Source: Caulobacteraceae bacterium (lineage in GTDB: Bacteria > Pseudomonadota > Alphaproteobacteria > Caulobacterales > Caulobacteraceae). Taken from it: a stretch of 64,000 nt of DNA. Positions within the stretch are counted from its first letter, which is position 1. Every line of letters begins with the position of its first letter. The position numbers were made by a program, and so were the translations under genes. A model generated the notes under the pieces. The model was given only the letters and a program-made list of their open reading frames with translations, did not search any database and was not told the DNA's origin. Shown piece by piece: positions 58,311-64,000 of this stretch. Where the stretch lies: the NCBI GenBank assembly GCA_035604515.1, contig DATNIH010000040.1, positions 866-64,865 of the forward strand, given 5' to 3'.

Positions 58311-59801
58311 TCAGACCCCGGCTTCGGCCGCCTTGCGCCCGCCGCGCTTGGGCGGCAGTGGATCGGGGGCGCCGGGCAGGCGCAGGTCGAACACGGTGCC
58401 GGAGGCCCCGGTTTCCACCAGCACCAGGTCGCCGCCATGCGCCTGGGCCAGCTCGCGCGAGATCGCCAGCCCCAGGCCCGCGCCGCCGCGCCGCGCCGAG
58501 CCCCGGAATGGCTGGAACAGGTTCGCCTGGGCCCGCTCAGGCAGGCCGGGGCCATCGTCGGCGAGCCGGATCACGCTGGCGCCGTCGCTTACCGTCAGGC
58601 TGGCGCTCACCGCGCCGACGCCGTTCTTCGCCGGCGCGCCGTCGATCGCCTCGCGGGCGTTGCGCATCAGGTTGACCAGGATCCGGTGCAACTGGTCTGG
58701 GTCGGCCAGCACCTGGGCGCCCTCGGCCATCGTGGTCGCCAGCCGCACCCGGTCGTCGGAGAGCTGCGCGTCCTCGGCCGCCGTCTCCAGCGCCGCGCGC
58801 AACGGCACCGGCCGCGGCGCGGGAGGCGGTTCCTCGCTGCGGCCGAAGTCGAGCACGTTGGCGGCCAGGGTCACCGCGCGCTCCAGCGCCCGCTCCAGCC
58901 GTGGCAGCGTGCGCGCCACCACCGGATCGCCGGAGGTCGCCAGCCGCTCCGACGCCAGCTGGGCGCTGGTCAGCATGTTGCGCATTTCGTGGTTGATCTT
59001 GGCCACCGCCTCGCCCAGCGCGGCCAGCCGGGCCCGCGACGCCAGCGCGGCGCTGAGGTCCAGCTGCATCCGGTCCAACTCGACCTCGGCGCGGCCGATC
59101 TCGTCGTGCCGGCCGGACGGAGGCAGGTGCGCGGCCGGATCGTCGGGATCGGCGCGGAAGCGCTCCATCGAGCGGGTGATCCGCTGGATCGGCCGGATCA
59201 GGAAGAAGGTCAGGAACAGGTAGACCAGCGCGCCGGCCATCACCGAGGTCAGGACCGCGCCCAGCAGCAGTTCGCGCGCATTGTCGACCAGGATCGACTG
59301 CAGCTGGTTGTCCGGCACGACGATTTCCACCAGCTCGCCGGAGAGGTAGTGCGGCCGGTCGACCACCTGCACCAAGCGGTCGCCGCCCCCGAACAGGGTG
59401 TCCAGTGACCCGGACATCTGGCTGAGCAAGTCCTCCTGGCGCAGGTCGATGCGGTAGTCCGCCTTGCGCTGCTTCGCCGGCGCCAGCACCGAACGCATCA
59501 CGCCATCGGCTTGCACTCCCACGGCGACCAGGCCAGCGGTCTTGAGAATCTGCTGCTTGACCTGCTGGGTGACCTTGCCTTCGGGCACGCTGACCACGAA
59601 CGAGGCCAGCTCTCCGGCGGCGACCTTCTCGCTCAGCCAGTCGCGCTGGCGGTTGGCGAGCAGCACCGGCACGATGATCGCGTTGGCCAGCACCACCACC
59701 AGCAGTGTGGCGAGCAACAGACGGGCCGATAGCCCACCGGGCCATAGCACGCGGCGGCCGCCTCGCTGGGCTGGGTCGGACTGAGGCGCGTCGTCCGCCA
59801 T
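58311..59801 (-). CDS. Orphan membrane sensor histidine kinase (HAMP-HisKA-HATPase)
   Basis: Two TM helices, KINHEMRNML H-box, NLMRNA, DDGPG, GAGLGLAI. Confidence 0.9.
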   Translation of the reverse strand: MADDAPQSDPAQRGGRRVLWPGGLSARLLLATLLVVVLANAIIVPVLLANRQRDWLSEKVAAGELASFVVSVPEGKVTQQVKQQILKTAGLVAVGVQADGVMRSVLAPAKQRKADYRIDLRQEDLLSQMSGSLDTLFGGGDRLVQVVDRPHYLSGELVEIVVPDNQLQSILVDNARELLLGAVLTSVMAGALVYLFLTFFLIRPIQRITRSMERFRADPDDPAAHLPPSGRHDEIGRAEVELDRMQLDLSAALASRARLAALGEAVAKINHEMRNMLTSAQLASERLATSGDPVVARTLPRLERALERAVTLAANVLDFGRSEEPPPAPRPVPLRAALETAAEDAQLSDDRVRLATTMAEGAQVLADPDQLHRILVNLMRNAREAIDGAPAKNGVGAVSASLTVSDGASVIRLADDGPGLPERAQANLFQPFRGSARRGGAGLGLAISRELAQAHGGDLVLVETGASGTVFDLRLPGAPDPLPPKRGGRKAAEAGV

Positions 59802-59875
59802 GCTGTCCCGTTACTAGAGCGCAGGGTTCGCGGCAACGGAGCCGTCCCGCGAGGCGAGTGGAGTCCGAGCCGTTA

Positions 59876-60916
59876 TCACCGGGCGCCGACCGCGTCGGCG
59901 ACGCTGGCGAACCCGTCGGCGGCCAGGCGCGCGGCAAGATCGCGCCGGATCGCCGTCACCAGCGCCGGACCCTGAAACACCAGCGCCGAGTAGAGTTGCA
60001 CCGCGCTCGCGCCGGCCCGGATCTTGGCGTAGGCGTCGGCCCCCGAGGCGATCCCCCCCACCCCGATCAGCGCGAACCGCCCCTTCGCGGCGGCGTGAAA
60101 GCGGGCCAGCACGCGTGTTGAAAGCGACATCAGCGGCGCGCCGGAAAGCCCGCCTGCCTCGCCGCGGTGGCGCGAGACCAGGCTGTCCGGCCGCGAGAGC
60201 GTGGTATTGCCGACGATGACCCCGTCGAACCGCGCCGCCGCGACGCCATCGGCGATCGCCTCGATTTCGGCGTCGTCGAGGTCCGGCGCCACTTTCAGGA
60301 ATATCGGCGCGTGGCCGGCGAGCGAAGCGCGCGTTTCGCTGATGCGCCCGAGCAGCTCACTCAGCGCCGCGCCGGTCTGCAGCGTCCGCAGACCGGGCGT
60401 ATTCGGCGAGGAGATGTTGACGGTGAAATAGTCCGCGAGCCTCCAGAGCCGCGTGAGCCCGGTCACGTAGTCGGCGATGCGATCGGCCGCGTCCTTGTTA
60501 GCCCCGATGTTCGCCCCGACCACGCCGGCGCCGCGGCGGGCCAGGTTGGCGGCGAAGCGCTCCAGGCCCTGGTTGTTGAAGCCCAGCCGGTTGATCACCG
60601 CGCGGTCTTCGCCGAGGCGGAACAGTCGCGGACGCGGATTGCCCGGCTGCGGCAGCGGCGTCACCGTCCCGCATTCGACGAAGCCGAAGCCCGCGGCCAG
60701 CATCGCCCCGGCCACCTCGGCGTTCTTGTCGAACCCGGCCGCCAGCCCCACCGGATTGGGCAGCCGCAGCCCGGCGAGATCGACGCGGAGCCCCGCGGTT
60801 TCGGCCGGCGCGCGCGGTCCAAGCCCCGCCCTCAGCGCCGCAAGGGTGGCCCGGTGCGCGTCTTCAGGGTCGAGGAGATGCAGGGCGCGGGTTGCGAGCG
60901 TGTGAAGCGCGCTCAC
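59876..60916 (-). CDS. pyrD: Dihydroorotate dehydrogenase (quinone, class 2)
   Basis: NPVGLAAGFDKN, GNPRPRLFRL, NRLGFNN, NISSPNTPGLR, KVAPDL, GGLSG; GTG at 60916 overlaps the upstream stop. Confidence 0.95.
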   Translation of the reverse strand: MSALHTLATRALHLLDPEDAHRATLAALRAGLGPRAPAETAGLRVDLAGLRLPNPVGLAAGFDKNAEVAGAMLAAGFGFVECGTVTPLPQPGNPRPRLFRLGEDRAVINRLGFNNQGLERFAANLARRGAGVVGANIGANKDAADRIADYVTGLTRLWRLADYFTVNISSPNTPGLRTLQTGAALSELLGRISETRASLAGHAPIFLKVAPDLDDAEIEAIADGVAAARFDGVIVGNTTLSRPDSLVSRHRGEAGGLSGAPLMSLSTRVLARFHAAAKGRFALIGVGGIASGADAYAKIRAGASAVQLYSALVFQGPALVTAIRRDLAARLAADGFASVADAVGAR

Positions 60917-61257
60917 GCGTCCAGGTCCCCAAGCTGTGGCGTTCCAGCCGCGTCCAGCTCGATCGGCGTGACCGCCTCGACCAGGGCGCAATCCAGGGGG
61001 CCGTAGAAATGCGGGAAGAGATCGCCGCCGCGCGAGGCTTCCCACTTCAGCGCCGGCGCCAGCTTCGCCGCGTCGAGCTTCAGCAGCACCAGCCCGGTCT
61101 GGCCGGCGAAGTACAGCCGCGCGGTCTCCGGAGCTTGCGCCGCCGTCGACAGGTGGATGTAGCCGTCGCGCAGGTCGATGGCGGCGCCCTCGAACCGCCC
61201 GATCCGCTGAGCCGCGTCCCAGTCGGCGCGGGCGGTGATCTTGTAGACGTATCCCAC
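60913..61257 (-). CDS. DUF952-family protein
   Basis: [27 protein letters not shown]. Confidence 0.9.
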   Translation of the reverse strand: MGYVYKITARADWDAAQRIGRFEGAAIDLRDGYIHLSTAAQAPETARLYFAGQTGLVLLKLDAAKLAPALKWEASRGGDLFPHFYGPLDCALVEAVTPIELDAAGTPQLGDLDA

Positions 61258-61258
61258 C

Positions 61259-61771
61259 TCAGCCGTCGCCTTCGCCGCCAAGGTCGCGGGCGAGGAAGAT
61301 GCCCTCGAGGCTGGCGCGCCCGGCGGGGTCGATGGCGTAGACCGCGGCGGTAGCGGTCGGGAAGCGCGCGGCGACCGGCTCGACCTCGGCGGCCGAGGCC
61401 GCGGCGTCGATCAGCAGGTCGACCGCCACCTCGTGCAGGCCGGGATTGTGGCCGATCACGATCATCGTCTCGCAGCGGTCGGCGGCGGCGTCGATCGCCG
61501 CGCGGATCGCCTCCGGCGCGGCGTCGTAGAGGTCGCGCACCAGCTCGACCTTCGCCGGAGGGAAGGCGTCGCGCGCCCAGATCCAGGTCTCGGTGGTGCG
61601 GGTGGCCGGCGAGACCAGCGCCAGGTCCGGGGCGATGCCGTCGGCCGCCAGCGCGCGGCCGACGATGGCGGCGTCGTCCCGGCCGCGCGGCGCCAGCGGG
61701 CGGTCGAAGTCGTCCTGGCCCGGCGCGCGGAGCTCGGCCTTGGCATGGCGGAAGAGGATGAGTCGGCGCAT
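61259..61771 (-). CDS. sixA: SixA-like phosphohistidine phosphatase
   Basis: [31 protein letters not shown]. Confidence 0.85.
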   Translation of the reverse strand: MRRLILFRHAKAELRAPGQDDFDRPLAPRGRDDAAIVGRALAADGIAPDLALVSPATRTTETWIWARDAFPPAKVELVRDLYDAAPEAIRAAIDAAADRCETMIVIGHNPGLHEVAVDLLIDAAASAAEVEPVAARFPTATAAVYAIDPAGRASLEGIFLARDLGGEGDG

Positions 61772-61915
61772 CGGGCCCATGCTACCAGACCGGGCGCGGC
61801 CGCCGCGAGACGGACCCAGCGTAAAGCTCAGGGCGTCGAGGCGGGGCGTCAAGGTCAAGCCAGTATCGGCCAGAACGTTGACAGCGCGCCCGCTTTGGCG
61901 TCCGAGAGGCGCCCC

Positions 61916-63067
61916 ATGAGCGACGGCGAGTCATCGGCGAGTCTGATCGAGACGCACGGCGGCGTGATGCGCTTTGCGGCCGACAAGCCGCTGCGCCTCG
62001 ATTCCGGCGCGCGGATCGACGGCCTCGAGGTCGCCTACAACACCTACGGCCGGCTGAACGGGGCCAGGTCCAACGCCGTCCTGGTCTGCCACGCCCTGTC
62101 GATGGACCAGCACGCGGCCTCGCGCCATCCGGTCACCGGCAAGCCCGGCTGGTGGGACCAGGTGATCGGACCGGGCCGGCCGCTCGACACCGATCGCCTC
62201 TTCGTCATCTGCTCCAACGTCGTCGGCGGCTGCAGCGGCACCACCGGCCCCTCGTCGATCGATCCGGCCACCGGCGAGCCCTATGGCCTCAAGTTCCCGA
62301 TGGTCACCGTCGCCGACATGGTCCGCGCCCAGGCCATGCTGATCGAGGCGCTGGGGATCGAGCAGCTGTTCGCGGTGGTGGGCGGCTCGATGGGCGGGAT
62401 GCAGGCGCTGCAGTGGGCGGCGGACTACCCGGAGCGGCTGTTCTCTGCGGTCTGCGTCGCCTGCGCAGCGCGCCACTCGGCGCAGAACATCGCCTTCCAC
62501 GAAGTCGGCCGCCAGGCGATCATGGCCGACCCGGACTGGCGCGGCGGCGACTACGCCCGCCAGGGCGTGCGGCCAGAGAAGGGCCTGGCCGTCGCCCGCA
62601 TGGCCGCCCACATCACCTACCTGTCGGAGCAGGCGCTGCAGCGCAAGTTCGGCCGCGAGCTGCAGCGCGACGGCCTGTCGTGGGGCTTCGACGCCGACTT
62701 CCAGGTCGAGAGCTACCTGCGCCACCAGGGCGCGGCATTCGTCGACCGGTTCGACGCCAACTCCTACCTCTACATCACCCGCGCGCTCGACTACTTCGAC
62801 CTCGCGGCAAGCCACGGCGGCAGCCTCGCCGAGGCGTTCCGCCGGGCCAGGGACGTGCGCTTCTGCGTGTTCTCCTTCACTTCCGACTGGCTCTACCCGA
62901 CCTCCGAGAGCCGCCAGATCGTGCGGGCGCTGAACGCGGCCGGGGCCAGGGCCAGCTTTGTCGAGATCGAGACCGACAAGGGCCACGACGCCTTCCTGCT
63001 CGACGAGCCGGTGCTGCACGCGGCGCTGGACGGGTTCATGCGGTCCGGCGCCCAGGTGCGCGGCTGA
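61916..63067 (+). CDS. metX: Homoserine O-acetyltransferase
   Basis: VCHAL, GWWD..IGPG, GGSMGG (nucleophile Ser), RFDANSY, GHDAFLL; ATG at 61916. Confidence 0.95.
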   Translation: MSDGESSASLIETHGGVMRFAADKPLRLDSGARIDGLEVAYNTYGRLNGARSNAVLVCHALSMDQHAASRHPVTGKPGWWDQVIGPGRPLDTDRLFVICSNVVGGCSGTTGPSSIDPATGEPYGLKFPMVTVADMVRAQAMLIEALGIEQLFAVVGGSMGGMQALQWAADYPERLFSAVCVACAARHSAQNIAFHEVGRQAIMADPDWRGGDYARQGVRPEKGLAVARMAAHITYLSEQALQRKFGRELQRDGLSWGFDADFQVESYLRHQGAAFVDRFDANSYLYITRALDYFDLAASHGGSLAEAFRRARDVRFCVFSFTSDWLYPTSESRQIVRALNAAGARASFVEIETDKGHDAFLLDEPVLHAALDGFMRSGAQVRG

Positions 63068-63069
63068 GC

Positions 63070-63750
63070 ATGAGTGGCCCAAATGAGTATCAAGGCAAAG
63101 TCCGCGAGGATTTCCGCGAGATCGTGCGCCTGGTGCGTCCCGGCTCACGGGTGCTCGATGTCGGTTGCGGCGAGGGCGAACTGCTCGAGCTGCTGAGCCG
63201 CGAGAAGGGCGTCGACGGCCGGGGCCTGGAGATCAGTCCCGAGGGAGTCTCCGCCTGCCTAGCGCGCGGCCTGGCGGTGGTGCAGGGCGACGCCGACGAC
63301 GACCTCGACTATTTCCCGGCCCGCGCGTTCGATTACGCCGTGCTGTCCCAGACCCTGCCGCAGGTGCGTCAACCGCGGCACGTGCTGTCGGAACTGTTGC
63401 GGATCGCCGAGCGCGCCATCGTCTCGCTGCCCAACTTCGGCCATTGGCGCATTCGCCTCGACCTGCTGGGCCAGGGCCGGATGCCGGTGACGCACGAGCT
63501 GCCGACGCCGTGGTGGGAAACGCCCAACATCCACCTCTGCACCGTGCGCGACTTCACCCAGCTCTGCGACGAGCTGGACCTGCGCATCGAGGCCTGCGCG
63601 GCGCTGGCGAACGGCAAGCCCGCGCGGCCGATCGAGCCGAAGCGGGCGCTGGAGAACTGGCGGGCGGAATCCGCGCTCTTCCTGCTCAGCCGGGCGAACG
63701 CCACCGCGAAATTACCGAGCGGAGAACAGAAGGCCGATCTGTTCGGTTAG
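63070..63750 (+). CDS. metW: Methionine biosynthesis protein MetW
   Basis: VLDVGCG.G, GLEI, LSQTL, PNFGHW, WWETPNIH.CT. Confidence 0.93.
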   Translation: MSGPNEYQGKVREDFREIVRLVRPGSRVLDVGCGEGELLELLSREKGVDGRGLEISPEGVSACLARGLAVVQGDADDDLDYFPARAFDYAVLSQTLPQVRQPRHVLSELLRIAERAIVSLPNFGHWRIRLDLLGQGRMPVTHELPTPWWETPNIHLCTVRDFTQLCDELDLRIEACAALANGKPARPIEPKRALENWRAESALFLLSRANATAKLPSGEQKADLFG

Positions 63751-63762
63751 AGTGCGCGACTC

Positions 63763-64000
63763 ATGTGGACCCTCGCCGACATCCCGCCCCAGGCCGGCCG
63801 CCGCGCCATCGTCACCGGGACGGGCGGTCTCGGCTATGAGACGGCGCTTGCGCTGGCGGCCGCGGGCGCCAGCGTCATCCTCGCCGGCCGCAACGAGACC
63901 AAGGGACGCGGCTCGGTGGTGCGCATCCTCAACCGCCATCCGCACGCCTCTATCGTGTTCGAGCGGCTGGACCTCGCCAGCCTGGCCAGCATCGCCGCCT
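63763..64000 (+). CDS. SDR oxidoreductase (retinol-dehydrogenase-like), 5' part, runs off the window
   Basis: MWTLADIPPQAGRRAIVTGTGGLGYETA...LAGRN...LDLASL. Confidence 0.85.
   Translation, partial: MWTLADIPPQAGRRAIVTGTGGLGYETALALAAAGASVILAGRNETKGRGSVVRILNRHPHASIVFERLDLASLASIAA

Noticed and set aside
61780-61915. SAM-II (alpha) riboswitch upstream of metX
   Set aside because: Expected at this gene, but I could not find the conserved GAUUU...UUGC...GCUAAA pseudoknot pattern.

Overview
A 64-kb, roughly 70% GC chromosomal segment that, judged by gene content and synteny, comes from an alphaproteobacterium of the Caulobacteraceae type (inference). It is mostly core genes: oppBC, phaZ and phaR-phaA-phaB, senC/regB-regA, mmcB, argG, kup, pyrF, rsmB-rpe-heparinase-purH, ggt, ahcY, chvI-chvG-hprK-EIIA-HPr, pyrD, sixA and metX-metW. 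Regulatory sites readable in the sequence are a ZMP/ZTP riboswitch before purH, a LexA box before mmcB, and likely PhaR, RegA and SahR sites. I saw no tRNA, rRNA, CRISPR array, integrase or transposase. The most unusual region is 17.0-22.7 kb. It holds a free-standing NusG C-terminal KOW mini-gene and two paralogous ferritin-like diiron genes. Those paralogs bracket a convergent pair made of an exported TPR protein and a membrane-anchored TIR protein with a predicted periplasmic two-Cys loop (receptor-like topology, apparent ATC start). Other notable items are an exported His/Met-rich disordered protein, a 14-bp phased operator array before a PadR/membrane-protein pair, an in-frame G10 tract, and eleven intergenic palindromic elements of about five families, two of which show compensatory base changes between copies. 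All family assignments come from motif recognition and recall. No database searches were run. Many starts were re-assigned from the ORF track using RBS and motif evidence.
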